The translations under genes were made by a program, and so were the position numbers. From positions 1,856,001 through 1,920,000 of the forward strand of contig OY969554.1 of NCBI GenBank assembly GCA_963700985.1: a stretch of DNA of 64,000 nucleotides, read 5' to 3'. Of this stretch, positions 49,150 to 59,026 are shown one piece after another. Position 1 is the stretch's first letter; each line of letters opens with the position of its first letter. Source of the DNA: an uncultured Chlamydiales bacterium (GTDB lineage: Bacteria > Chlamydiota > Chlamydiia > Chlamydiales > Rhabdochlamydiaceae). The notes below the pieces were generated by a model. The model was not told the DNA's origin and ran no database searches. It saw nothing but the letters and a program-made list of their open reading frames with translations.

Positions 49150-50562
49150 ATGTCTAAAAAAACACTTACTGTTTTCACCCTCGCCATGATTAACGTCGCT
49201 GCTGTGAGCAGCGTGCGTAATTTGCCGACGATCGCCGAATATGGCTTTGCATCGCTTTTTTTCTTTGCGCTGGCCGCCGTTCTCTTTTTTATTCCTGTCT
49301 CAATGGTCGCGGCAGAGCTGGCTACTGGGTGGCCTCAAACCGGCGGCGTTTTTGCTTGGGTTAAAGAGGCTTTTGGACATCGCACCGGATTTTTAGCCAT
49401 TTGGCTTCTCTGGGCAGAAAATGTGATCTATTATCCAGCGCTTTTGTCATTTATCGCGGGCACCATCGCTTACATCGCAAGTCCAACCCTCGCGCAGAAC
49501 CCTTATTACACCTTATTTGTAATAGTCACTGTCTTTTGGGCTACAACGCTGGCGAATCTACTCGGTATGCGTATCTCTGGCTGGATCAGCGCTTTTGGGG
49601 TAATCACGGGGACGATCATTCCAGGGGGACTCATCATCATCTTGGGAATTCTCTGGTACTTTTCTGGAAACTCTTTGCAAGTTGCATTTACTACCCAGAA
49701 TTTAGTTCCAGACATGAGCTCTCCCACGCAACTTGTGCTTTTTTCAGGCGTTTTGGTCGCCTTTTGCGGTTTAGAGATGTCTGCTGTGCATGCACGCGAC
49801 GTACAAAATCCTCAAAAAAACTACCCAAGAGCCATTCTATTATCGGCTCTTCTCATCCTTGGACTTTATGTGCTTGGGGTATTGGCGATAGCCATCGTCA
49901 TTCCACAAAGCGAGATCAGCCTTACTGCGGGCTCGCTTCAAGCTTTTGCTGTTTTTGTGGATGCATATGGTTTGAGTTGGCTGACTCCGGTCATCGCCAT
50001 CCTTTTAACTCTTGGAGCTTTCGGAACATTGAGCACCTGGATTGCAGGGCCGAGCAAAGGTCTTTTAGGAGCGGCTCAAAGTGGCGATCTGCCGCCTTTC
50101 TTTCGCAAACTCAACCGTCATGGGATGCCCGTTGCGCTGCTCATCACGCAAGCCGTGATTGTGACATTCTTCTCGATGATCTTTTTAATCATGCCCACTG
50201 TAAGCAGCGGCTACTGGGTCTTGAACGCCATGGTAGCCCAGCTCTACCTCTTGATGTACATCCTCATGTTTGCCGCCGCCATCAAACTGCGTTACAAACA
50301 GCCGCAAGTAAAAAGAGCGTACAGAATTCCTGGAGGCAACTTTGGTATGTGGTTTGTGGCAGGGCTTGGACTCATCGGCTCTTTTGCCACATTCTGCATT
50401 GGTTTCTTTCCTCCTGCACAACTGCAAACTGGCAACGCAACTTTCTATGTCGCCTTCCTATTCTTGAGTGTCGTCATTGCGTGCATCGCACCTTCCGTTA
50501 TCCTTATGTTTAAAAAACCCAGCTGGACCAAGGCTTTAAGCCACGAAAAAGAGAAAGGCTGA
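49150..50562 (+). CDS. APC-family amino acid antiporter (GadC-like)
   Basis: About 12 TM, AELATGWPQTGGVFAWV, GLEMSAVHA, NYPRAI. Confidence 0.88.
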   Translation: MSKKTLTVFTLAMINVAAVSSVRNLPTIAEYGFASLFFFALAAVLFFIPVSMVAAELATGWPQTGGVFAWVKEAFGHRTGFLAIWLLWAENVIYYPALLSFIAGTIAYIASPTLAQNPYYTLFVIVTVFWATTLANLLGMRISGWISAFGVITGTIIPGGLIIILGILWYFSGNSLQVAFTTQNLVPDMSSPTQLVLFSGVLVAFCGLEMSAVHARDVQNPQKNYPRAILLSALLILGLYVLGVLAIAIVIPQSEISLTAGSLQAFAVFVDAYGLSWLTPVIAILLTLGAFGTLSTWIAGPSKGLLGAAQSGDLPPFFRKLNRHGMPVALLITQAVIVTFFSMIFLIMPTVSSGYWVLNAMVAQLYLLMYILMFAAAIKLRYKQPQVKRAYRIPGGNFGMWFVAGLGLIGSFATFCIGFFPPAQLQTGNATFYVAFLFLSVVIACIAPSVILMFKKPSWTKALSHEKEKG

Positions 50563-50692
50563 TTTATCGAGCTTTTTTAGTAAATCATTTACAGGATTTG
50601 CAGGATATTTTTTTTTATCCATGCTGCACTTCCTGTTCTCTTACTGAATTTTGCATAGCGCAGTTTTAGAAGAATTTCACCACCGAGATCAC

Positions 50693-51504
50693 ATGGAAAG
50701 TTCCTACTTGCCGTTTTTAAAAGGCTTTTTCACTGGAGCTGGTCTTATCATTGGGATTGGGGCGCAGAATGCTTTTGTCTTAAAGCAGGGCCTCAAGAAG
50801 AACCACGTTTTTGTTACCGCGCTCTTTTGCACACTCGCAGATATGCTATTAATTGGACTTGGTGTGGGTGGCTTAGCAGACATTTTTACACTCAACTGGA
50901 TCCTGCTCTTCATTGCAAAATGGGGCGGAGCCGCCTTTCTATTTTGGTGGGGGTTTCGCGCATTTCGTTCGATGTTCAAATCCGAGAGTTTGCAGGCTCA
51001 AAATGCACACGAGCCATCCTCGCACTCATTAGACTTCTTTCGAAATTCCATTTGCACGCTAAAACCGTCCTTTTTTCTCTGGTTTTTATCGCGCCTTCTC
51101 ACCGACCCTCTTTCGGGTCGCTTCGTCGGCGCGATATGAGCCGATAAATCGGCTCTAAAAAACCAGAGAAAGAATCACCGCTTTTTTCGCACAAAGCGAA
51201 TTTCGAAAGAAGTCTATTAAAAAAGACACTGCTTATCCTTGCCGCTTTGAGTTTTTTAAATCCTCATGTTTATCTCGATGCGGTAATCCTTTTAGGAAGC
51301 ATAGGAGCGCAGTTTGAAAAAATTGAAAGACCCTTTTTTGCAATTGGTGCTATGGTCGCGTCTGTGTGCTGGTTTTTCGGTCTCTGTTACGGCGCGCGGT
51401 TTTTAGCTCCTCTCATGAAAAGTCAAAAGTCATGGAAAATCATAGATTTCATCACGGGCTGCATCATGTGGGGGATTGCTCTAAGTATTCTTTTCAAGTT
51501 GTAA
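50693..51504 (+). pseudogene. LysE/ArgO amino acid exporter disrupted by MITE insertion
   Basis: N-half IGAQNAFVLKQGL and C-half LNPHVYLD in different frames, separated by the element at 51031-51215, which carries an in-frame TGA. Confidence 0.88.
51031..51215. mobile_element. Palindromic MITE-like element, copy 1 (185 bp)
   Basis: Perfect 15-bp TIRs AGACTTCTTTCGAAA / TTTCGAAAGAAGTCT, ATT (or TA) flanking duplication, second copy at 61778-61961. Confidence 0.88.
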
Positions 51505-51519
51505 ATGAGGATTTCTAAT

Positions 51520-52155
51520 ATGAAAAAGATTCTCTATCTCGGAACAAGTCCGACGCATTTTTCTTTCGACGGCCATCTCATTCATTATCCCGTAATTAAA
51601 ATTGTTCCAAGAAGTGTCGAGCATCCAGATGTGCAAGAGGCGTTCCAAGATCTCGCGGCTTATACGCATCTCATTTTTACGAGTAAAAACACAGTGCGCG
51701 TCTTTTTTGAACATCTGATCGCTCATGGGCTGAATCGAGAAATTATCAAACACAAATTCATTACAGCCATTGGCAAAGTTACTGCAGCGCATCTGGCATA
51801 TGAGGATGTGCGTGTAGATTTAATCGCTTATGACGAGACGCAAGAAGGAGTGATTGAAGCCTTACAACCCTATGATTTAACACATGCTTATGTGTTTATA
51901 CCTCGCTCATCAAGAGCGCGGCCGCATTTGGCTCAATACTTAGAAGAAAAGAAAATCCGCTTTCGCGCCTGCGACCTTTATGATACGCACGTCCAACGCC
52001 TTGAGCCTATCCCTAATCTTGAATCTATCGATGAGATCATTTTCACGAGTCCTTCGACAGTAGAAGCTTTTAAAGAGATCTTCGGTGCTTTGCCTGCAAA
52101 CAAGAAGCTTATCGCGATTGGCCCCATCACTGAAGAGGCGCTAAAGAAGCTCTAA
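51520..52155 (+). CDS. hemD: Uroporphyrinogen-III synthase
   Basis: LIFTSKNTV, AIGKVTA, YDT, IIFTSPSTV, AIGPIT. Confidence 0.88.
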   Translation: MKKILYLGTSPTHFSFDGHLIHYPVIKIVPRSVEHPDVQEAFQDLAAYTHLIFTSKNTVRVFFEHLIAHGLNREIIKHKFITAIGKVTAAHLAYEDVRVDLIAYDETQEGVIEALQPYDLTHAYVFIPRSSRARPHLAQYLEEKKIRFRACDLYDTHVQRLEPIPNLESIDEIIFTSPSTVEAFKEIFGALPANKKLIAIGPITEEALKKL

Positions 52156-52227
52156 AGCTTTCAAAAATTTGAGAGTTCATACTATGATGGCGTTCAATAC
52201 TTATTAAAATCTTTTTTGGAGAATTTT

Positions 52228-52845
52228 ATGGCGAATCCAGCACCTTATAAACTTCCTGAACTTCCTTACGATTTCAATGCTTTAGAGCCTGTGATTTCTG
52301 CTGAGATCATGCAGCTGCACTATACAAAGCATCATCAAACCTATGTAAATAACTTGAATGCTGCTTTAGAAAAATATCATGAAGCCGAAGCTAAGGGTGA
52401 TCTTGCCGCGATGATTTCCCTTCAACAGGCGATCAAATTTAACGGCGGTGGGCACGTCAATCACAGTATTTTTTGGACAAACTTGGCTCCTCCTTCAAAA
52501 GGAGGCGGAGAAGCTCCAAAAGGGCATCTTTTAGAAGCGATTCAAAGAGATTTTGGGGCTTTCGAAACTTTTGTTGAAAAGTTGAGCTCTCAAGCTGTTG
52601 CTATTCAAGGATCGGGCTGGGGCTGGTTGGGATACAACAAAACTGAAAAAAAACTTGTTGTTGCTACCTGTGCAAATCAAGATCCTTTAAGCACGCAGAA
52701 CTTTGTGCCTCTTTTAGGAATTGACGTGTGGGAGCATGCCTACTATCTCCAATATAAAAACGTTCGCGCAGACTATGTAAAAAATCTTTGGAAGATTGTG
52801 AATTGGAAAAATATTGAAGAACGTTTTATCAATGCAAGGACTTAA
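52228..52845 (+). CDS. sodA: Superoxide dismutase (Mn/Fe, Mn-like)
   Basis: [31 protein letters not shown]. Confidence 0.93.
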   Translation: MANPAPYKLPELPYDFNALEPVISAEIMQLHYTKHHQTYVNNLNAALEKYHEAEAKGDLAAMISLQQAIKFNGGGHVNHSIFWTNLAPPSKGGGEAPKGHLLEAIQRDFGAFETFVEKLSSQAVAIQGSGWGWLGYNKTEKKLVVATCANQDPLSTQNFVPLLGIDVWEHAYYLQYKNVRADYVKNLWKIVNWKNIEERFINART

Positions 52846-52914
52846 TTAACTTGTTTTATTTTAAAAACTTTGCTAATTTTGTCTTTTAATTAATTAAATT
52901 GTTTTTTCTATTTT

Positions 52915-53874
52915 ATGGGACTATTTTCTAGAAATAAGCCTAAGATCAAAGTCGCTACGACTAAGAAAGATGGCTATAGCGGATGGGTTAAATGTACGCA
53001 CTGTCATGAACTAATTCATGCCAAGGAATTACAACAAAATCAGCACTGCTGTCCAAAGTGCGATCATCACTACCGACTATCCGCAGCACAGCGCGTCGAA
53101 CTTCTGGCTGATAATGGAAGCTTCGTCGAATTTTTTGTTGGGCTTAAGCCTACTGATCCTCTTACCTTTGTAGATACAGAAGCGTATACCGATCGCATCA
53201 AAAATGCACAGGAGAAGTCAGGCCGAGATGAAGCTGCTATGGTGGGAACATGTACGCTGCATGGCTTGCAGATTGCGCTTGGCGTTTTAGATTTTAGCTT
53301 CATGGGTGGATCGATGGGTTCTGTGGTTGGAGAGCGCTTAACACGTCTTATTGAATACGCCTTAGATGAAAAACTTCCTTTAGTAATTGTTTCGGCTTCT
53401 GGTGGTGCGCGCATGCAAGAGTCGATCTTTTCTTTAATGCAGATGGCTAAAACATCCGCAGCACTTGCTCGCTTGCACGGAGAGGGCCTTCCTTATTTCT
53501 CAGTACTCACCAATCCTACAACCGGCGGCGTTACAGCTTCTTTTGCTGCTTTAGGCGATGTGATTATCGCAGAACCTGAAGCGTTAATCGGCTTTGCTGG
53601 GCCGCGTGTTGTAGAGCAAACAATCCGGCAAAAATTGCCGCCTGGCGCTCAAAAATCAGAATTTCTCTTAGAAAAAGGGATGATCGATTGCATTGTTAAT
53701 CGACATGCATTAAAAGATAAGCTATACACCTTGATCGAGTTCTTCACAGGTAACGAGCGCTCCTATCATTTTGACAAGGCGCTTTCGGAACAGGCGATGC
53801 AGAAGCTTCCTCAGAAGCTTAAAGAGTTGCTTGCTCTAGCCGAAGAAAATGAACTCGCTTCAGAGTTGAAATAA
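52915..53874 (+). CDS. accD: Acetyl-CoA carboxylase carboxyltransferase beta subunit
   Basis: CTHC..CPKC Zn finger, GGSMG, SGGARMQE, PTTGGVTAS. Confidence 0.96.
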   Translation: MGLFSRNKPKIKVATTKKDGYSGWVKCTHCHELIHAKELQQNQHCCPKCDHHYRLSAAQRVELLADNGSFVEFFVGLKPTDPLTFVDTEAYTDRIKNAQEKSGRDEAAMVGTCTLHGLQIALGVLDFSFMGGSMGSVVGERLTRLIEYALDEKLPLVIVSASGGARMQESIFSLMQMAKTSAALARLHGEGLPYFSVLTNPTTGGVTASFAALGDVIIAEPEALIGFAGPRVVEQTIRQKLPPGAQKSEFLLEKGMIDCIVNRHALKDKLYTLIEFFTGNERSYHFDKALSEQAMQKLPQKLKELLALAEENELASELK

Positions 53875-53886
53875 GGCTTATTTATC

Positions 53887-54345
53887 ATGGACACTACTCT
53901 ATCCGACACAGTGGAGATTTCCACTATTGCCGCAAAGGAAGAATATCTTCCTATGTACGGTTCTGCGCAAGCTGCTGGTGCCGATGTGCGCGCTTGCATT
54001 AAAGAAGACCTGATCATTGAATCTGGTTGTTCGCTATTGATTCCCACTGGGCTTAAGTTTGCGATTCCTGCAGGGTATGAGATTCAAGTGAGACCACGCA
54101 GCGGGCTTGCATTAAAGCACGGGATTACGGTGCTCAACTCTCCAGGGACGATCGATGCCGATTACCGTGGCGAGCTAGCAGTCATTTTGATCAACCATGG
54201 CAAGCAGCCTTTTGTAGTAACCCCAGGCATGCGTATCGCACAGATTGTCGTAGCTTCTGTTGTCACTGCTCAATTTCTAAGAGTAGAAAATTTGGACTCA
54301 ACATCGCGAGGAGAGGGGGGATTTGGTCATACTGGCACGAATTAA
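53887..54345 (+). CDS. dut: dUTP diphosphatase
   Basis: [29 protein letters not shown]. Confidence 0.96.
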   Translation: MDTTLSDTVEISTIAAKEEYLPMYGSAQAAGADVRACIKEDLIIESGCSLLIPTGLKFAIPAGYEIQVRPRSGLALKHGITVLNSPGTIDADYRGELAVILINHGKQPFVVTPGMRIAQIVVASVVTAQFLRVENLDSTSRGEGGFGHTGTN

Positions 54346-54403
54346 CCATCAGATCTCTTCCGGAATTGGGGGATTTAAACGGCGTTTTAAACGGGTAGAT
54401 AAA

Positions 54404-54850
54404 GTGACGATCACCAGATATTTAGATGCGCGTCTTATCTCATTTTTAGATCTTTCTACACGCGATGAAGCTCTTCGTGCACTGGTCGATAATTTAGACC
54501 GCACAGGCAAACTTCATGACAAAGAAGCTTTTTTTGATGCGATTTTAGAGAGAGAAAAAATCGTATCTACAGGTGTAGGCATGGGTGTGGCTATTCCTCA
54601 TGCAAAACTAGAAGGTTACAGAGACTTTTTTATTGCCGTCGGAATTCAGAAGCGTGGAATAGAGTGGAATGCGTTGGACGGAGCGCCTGTTCGAGTCATT
54701 TTTATGATTGGCGGCCCAGACAATAAACAAACAGATTACCTCTATATTCTCTCGAAGCTCACGATGGCGATCAAAGATGAAGATAGACGTAAAAAGCTTT
54801 TCAAGGCAAAAACAGCCGAAGAGGTCATCGCTCTATTTGAAGGGTGGTGA
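54404..54850 (+). CDS. ptsN: PTS IIA(Ntr)-like protein
   Basis: EREKIVSTGVGMGVAIPHA; start set to GTG 54404. Confidence 0.88.
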   Translation: MTITRYLDARLISFLDLSTRDEALRALVDNLDRTGKLHDKEAFFDAILEREKIVSTGVGMGVAIPHAKLEGYRDFFIAVGIQKRGIEWNALDGAPVRVIFMIGGPDNKQTDYLYILSKLTMAIKDEDRRKKLFKAKTAEEVIALFEGW

Positions 54851-54880
54851 GGTTTAATAAAGAAATTCTGAGGAGGAGAT

Positions 54881-55627
54881 ATGGATCTTAAAGTCAAAGA
54901 TGTAGCTGAACTTCTCAACGTTTCTGAAAAGACTATTCGCCGCTGGCTTACTGCCGGCAAAATTCCTGCCTATCGCCTAAATCAACAGATCCGTTTCAGC
55001 CGTAGCGAAATTGAAAATTGGATGATGGGTTCTAAACAAGGCTCTCCGAATAGAGAGGGTTTCTCACCATTCGATGAGCAGTCTCTCGATTTGGATATCC
55101 AGGATAAAAAAGATGCTTCTCTGATGCAAAAAGGTGGCCCTCAACAATTCAGTCTCTATCGCGCTGTGCATAACGGGGGAATCTACACCGATATTTCAGG
55201 CGATACAAAAGAAGAAGTGATTCGTTCGGCTATGAAAATCGTAGCTCCAAGGCTTAATCTCGATCCAGAAGTCTTATCAGAACTTCTGCTCGATCGTGAA
55301 AAACTGATGCCTACCGCTTTTGGTCATGGCGTCGGCGTGCCGCATGCGCGCGACTTTCTTCTTCAGCAGCCAAAAGACATGGTAGTTGTTGTCTTTCCAA
55401 AAAAGCCTTTAGAATATGGCGCTTTAGACGGCTTGCCAGTACATACGCTTTTCTTTCTCTTCTCGAGCAATGATAAGCGCCACTTGCACCTATTAGCAAA
55501 ACTCGCGCACCTCAGCAGCGATCCAAAAGGTCTTGAGCTTCTACGTAGCAGACCTTCTGAAACAGATCTGCTCAACTTCATCCGCCAGTGGGAAATCCAA
55601 CAAGTCCGCCAGCCCGCTGAAGTCTAA
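54881..55627 (+). CDS. ptsN: PTS IIA(Ntr)-like protein with N-terminal excisionase-like HTH
   Basis: VKDVAELLNVSEKTIRRW HTH; DREKLMPTAFGHGVGVPH. Confidence 0.88.
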   Translation: MDLKVKDVAELLNVSEKTIRRWLTAGKIPAYRLNQQIRFSRSEIENWMMGSKQGSPNREGFSPFDEQSLDLDIQDKKDASLMQKGGPQQFSLYRAVHNGGIYTDISGDTKEEVIRSAMKIVAPRLNLDPEVLSELLLDREKLMPTAFGHGVGVPHARDFLLQQPKDMVVVVFPKKPLEYGALDGLPVHTLFFLFSSNDKRHLHLLAKLAHLSSDPKGLELLRSRPSETDLLNFIRQWEIQQVRQPAEV

Positions 55628-55730
55628 AAAAATCTTGTGCGCGCGCCTCATCTAAGGTGCTCAATTTTATCCGTCAGGGGAAAATTAACAAGTCCGTCAG
55701 TTCTCTAAAAATTAAAAAATAAAGTTTAAT

Positions 55731-55798
55731 TCTGACTATTCTGCAGCAGTTTGCAGAAAAGTCATGACTATTTTGCAAACTGTTGCAAAATAGTCAGA
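55731..55798. repeat. Nested palindrome (two tandem hairpins forming a 68-bp inverted repeat)
   Basis: 34-bp arms with 4 mismatches; each arm is itself palindromic. Confidence 0.85.
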
Positions 55799-55892
55799 TT
55801 TAGGTTGTGCTGTGGAATTTCTGGGCTAGCCCGAATTATCGACTATTTGTATACTCGCTCCTTTTTTATCAAAACCAAAGTTGAGAAAAAAC

Positions 55893-57359
55893 ATGTCTAA
55901 GGGTTTATTCGCAAAGAAGACAATTAAATCTCTCATAGATGAAGCAGCAGAAAGAAAGTCTGGGATGAAACGGACCCTAGGCCCATTAAATCTTACCATG
56001 ATGGGTATCGGTGCAATCATCGGGGGCGGGATTTTCGTAATGACAGGACAAGCTGCAGCACAATATGCCGGTCCTGGAATTGTGCTCTCTTTTGTTTTAG
56101 CGGCCTTTGTCTGCTTACTTGTGGCTCTTTGCTACGCTGAATTTGCCTCGCTTATCCCGATTGCCGGAAGCGCTTACTCTTACGCTTATGCAACCATGGG
56201 CGAGTTTGTAGCTTGGACGATCGGCTGGTGCGTCGCATTAGAGTATTTATTTTCCTCTTCTACTGTGGCGGTAGGCTGGTCGGCCTACTTTGTGAGTTTG
56301 CTGCGCGACTGGGGAATCACGATTCCGTCGGCCTTTTCTCAAGCTCCTTTGTCCTATGATGCTGTCTTGGGTTGGCAAGCAACAGGCGCTATTCTCAATC
56401 TTCCTGCGCTCTGCATTATGGCTATAATTGGAACACTGATCGCATTGGGAATCAAGCTCGCATCTGAAGTTAATACTATTCTGGTCATTGTAAAAATGGC
56501 TGTGATTGTGCTTTTTATCGCGTGTGGAGTGGCCTTTATTTCTACGGAAAACTGGGGCTCTTTTATCCCACAAAACACCGGTGTCTTCGGACAATTTGGC
56601 TGGAGTGGAATTTTAAGAGGAGCTGGTGTGGTGTTCTTTGCTTTCATCGGTTTTGATGCCGTTTCAACTCTGGCTCAAGAAGCGAAAGATCCGCAAAAAG
56701 ATATGCCTATCGGGATGTTAGGTTCACTCGGGATCTCTACACTGGTTTACGTGGTTATCGCTCTGGTTCTGACCGGGATTGTTAGCTACACCATGCTCAA
56801 CGTGCCAGATCCAATCGCAGTAGCTGTAAACGCACTTGGGCCTAAATTTATCTGGCTCAGAGTCGTTTCAAAGATCGCTATTTTGGCAGGCCTTACTTCT
56901 GTTGTGCTGGTAATGTTACTCGGCCAAACTCGAATTTTCTACACGATGGCGCATGATGGACTTCTTCCTTCTATTTTTGGGAAGATCCACCCACGTTTTC
57001 ATACACCTTTCTTTAGCACAGGTCTGATCACGTTCATTGCGATGACCATCGCAGCTGTTTTTCCAGTTGGTATCTTAGGGCAGCTAGTTTGCATTGGAAC
57101 GCTGCTTATCTTTGGTATCGTTTGTTTCGGCGTGCTGGTGTTGAGATATAAGCAACCACTGCTCCATCGCCCATTTAAAACGCCTTTCGTGCCATGGGTT
57201 CCGCTCGTTGGTACATTGGCATGCTTAGGGTTAATGCTGGGTCTGCCAGCTGTAACCTGGGTGCAACTCTTGGCATGGATTGTTCTCGGTTGCCTGGTCT
57301 ATTTCCAGTATGGACAAAAGCATAGCCGCGTGCGCCTTGCTCTGAACAAAAAGAAATAA
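55893..57359 (+). CDS. APC-family amino acid permease
   Basis: GIGAIIGGGIF, YAEFAS..PIAGSAYSY, FFAFIGFD; start set to ATG 55893. Confidence 0.9.
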   Translation: MSKGLFAKKTIKSLIDEAAERKSGMKRTLGPLNLTMMGIGAIIGGGIFVMTGQAAAQYAGPGIVLSFVLAAFVCLLVALCYAEFASLIPIAGSAYSYAYATMGEFVAWTIGWCVALEYLFSSSTVAVGWSAYFVSLLRDWGITIPSAFSQAPLSYDAVLGWQATGAILNLPALCIMAIIGTLIALGIKLASEVNTILVIVKMAVIVLFIACGVAFISTENWGSFIPQNTGVFGQFGWSGILRGAGVVFFAFIGFDAVSTLAQEAKDPQKDMPIGMLGSLGISTLVYVVIALVLTGIVSYTMLNVPDPIAVAVNALGPKFIWLRVVSKIAILAGLTSVVLVMLLGQTRIFYTMAHDGLLPSIFGKIHPRFHTPFFSTGLITFIAMTIAAVFPVGILGQLVCIGTLLIFGIVCFGVLVLRYKQPLLHRPFKTPFVPWVPLVGTLACLGLMLGLPAVTWVQLLAWIVLGCLVYFQYGQKHSRVRLALNKKK

Positions 57360-57370
57360 GTAAATCAAAT

Positions 57371-57473
57371 CACAGGGATCACAAAGAACATAGAGTTGAA
57401 GAGGTGACAGTCATTTTTTCCTTAAATGTAAAATGACTTCTTCTTTAAAGCTGTGTTCTTTGTGATTCCTGTG
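57371..57473. repeat. Intergenic inverted repeat, CACAG(A/G)GATCAC family
   Basis: CACAGGGATCACAAAGAACATAG versus CTGTGTTCTTTGTGATTCCTGTG (21/23 complementary) between convergent genes. Confidence 0.75.
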
Positions 57474-57478
57474 GTTGG

Positions 57479-59026
57479 CTATTCGGATGCGAGCACTGGA
57501 GTGTCCTTTCGAGAACCTGTGGGAGAAGTATCTCTGGCGAAAAAAAGAAGAAGACAGAGCAGTACAAATCCCCATCCCATCACATAGAAACAGTCGTTAA
57601 TCGCTAAAAGTGCCGCCTGATTGTCAACTGCCTGGTTGAGCAAATTAAGCGCCGGAGCTTGTGTTACTCCCGCTTGCGACGCTTCTTGGAAAAATGCAGC
57701 AGAATTCGGCGTATATTCGGTTATAGCTTCGCCCAATCTTTCGTGATGAAAATAGGTGCGTCTAGTCCACATCGTGGTAAAAATCGATGTCCCAATGCCT
57801 CCGCTAACAGCACGTACAAAGTGAAAGAGACTCGCCGCATTTGCAAGTCGCGAATCTGGTACGTCTTGTACGCTCATGCCGATTAGAGGTGTGATGAAAA
57901 AGATAAAACCAAAACCCAATAATAGTCTTGAAAAGGCTACGTGGTATATGTCGACATCGGTAGTGAAAAAAGCTGTATAGAAAGAGGCGATGCCAAAGCA
58001 GAGAAAGGCAGAGGCTAAGGGAAGGAGCTTTCCAAAACGTTTGAGAACCATTGGGACAAAAGGCGTAAAGAAAATAGGTGCTATTCCTACGGGAGCTACG
58101 GCAATTCCAGCCCAGGGAGAGGTGTATCCCATGTTGGTTTGCAGCCAAAGAGGGATGAGTACGACTGAGCCGAAATACATTCCGTAAGAGATAAAAATAC
58201 AGACAAGTGAGATCCAAAAACTGCGGATTTTGGCGAGCTTTAAATCGAGCAATGGACGAGGATGCGTCACCTCCCAAATGACCAGAAAACTCAGGCTAAT
58301 TAAAGTGGCAGTAGACAAGATACGGATTAAGGGTGAACGCCACCAATCCCATTGCTGACCTTTATCTAAAAATACCTGCAGACATGACATGCCTATGGTC
58401 AGCAAGATTAGTCCCACCACTTCCAAGGGAACTTTTTCGATTTTTTCCTTATGTCCGCCGATCATGCGCCAGATGAAAAAAGCAGCGATAAGTCCCACCG
58501 GAACGTTAATAAAAAAGATCCAAGGCCATTTATAGTCGAAGGTGAGCCAGCCGCCTAAAATTGGGCCAATGACGGGGCCGACTACCACCACCATGCTCCA
58601 GAAAGCCATTGCCATGTTGCGCTTTTCGGGCGGATTATATTGAAGAATAAGCGTCTGGCTAATGGGAATAAGAGGTCCTGCCACAGCACCCTGCAGAAAG
58701 CGCGCGAAGACCAAGAGTGCAAAATTTCTGGAAGCACCGCACACCCATGAAAGGGCTACAAAGAGCAGAAGCGAGATGAGCAAAAGTCGTATGGCGCCAA
58801 TGCGTTTGGTGAGCCACCCCGAAATTGCCAATACAATGCCGTTACCTACGGCAAAAGACGTAATGACATAGGTGCCCTGGTCTGAGCTTACGCCTAGATC
58901 TCCTGCGATGTAGGGAATTGAAACGTTAGCAATCGAATAGTCTAGCACAATCATGAAGGTAGCAAGCGCCAACATGATATTGAGAAATTTTAGCATCGCT
59001 GGAGAGAGGGGAGTATTTCCGTTCAT
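57479..59026 (-). CDS. emrB: DHA2 family MFS efflux permease (EmrB-like)
   Basis: LDYSIANVSIP, GPILGGWL, WIFFINVPVG, LDKGQQWDW. Confidence 0.92.
   Translation of the reverse strand: MNGNTPLSPAMLKFLNIMLALATFMIVLDYSIANVSIPYIAGDLGVSSDQGTYVITSFAVGNGIVLAISGWLTKRIGAIRLLLISLLLFVALSWVCGASRNFALLVFARFLQGAVAGPLIPISQTLILQYNPPEKRNMAMAFWSMVVVVGPVIGPILGGWLTFDYKWPWIFFINVPVGLIAAFFIWRMIGGHKEKIEKVPLEVVGLILLTIGMSCLQVFLDKGQQWDWWRSPLIRILSTATLISLSFLVIWEVTHPRPLLDLKLAKIRSFWISLVCIFISYGMYFGSVVLIPLWLQTNMGYTSPWAGIAVAPVGIAPIFFTPFVPMVLKRFGKLLPLASAFLCFGIASFYTAFFTTDVDIYHVAFSRLLLGFGFIFFITPLIGMSVQDVPDSRLANAASLFHFVRAVSGGIGTSIFTTMWTRRTYFHHERLGEAITEYTPNSAAFFQEASQAGVTQAPALNLLNQAVDNQAALLAINDCFYVMGWGFVLLCLLLFFARDTSPTGSRKDTPVLASE

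Noticed and set aside
49401-50513. 370-aa alternate-frame ORF inside the GadC-like permease
   Set aside because: Fully nested, no recognisable motif, Arg/His/Ser/Cys-rich composition typical of off-frame reading of a membrane protein gene.
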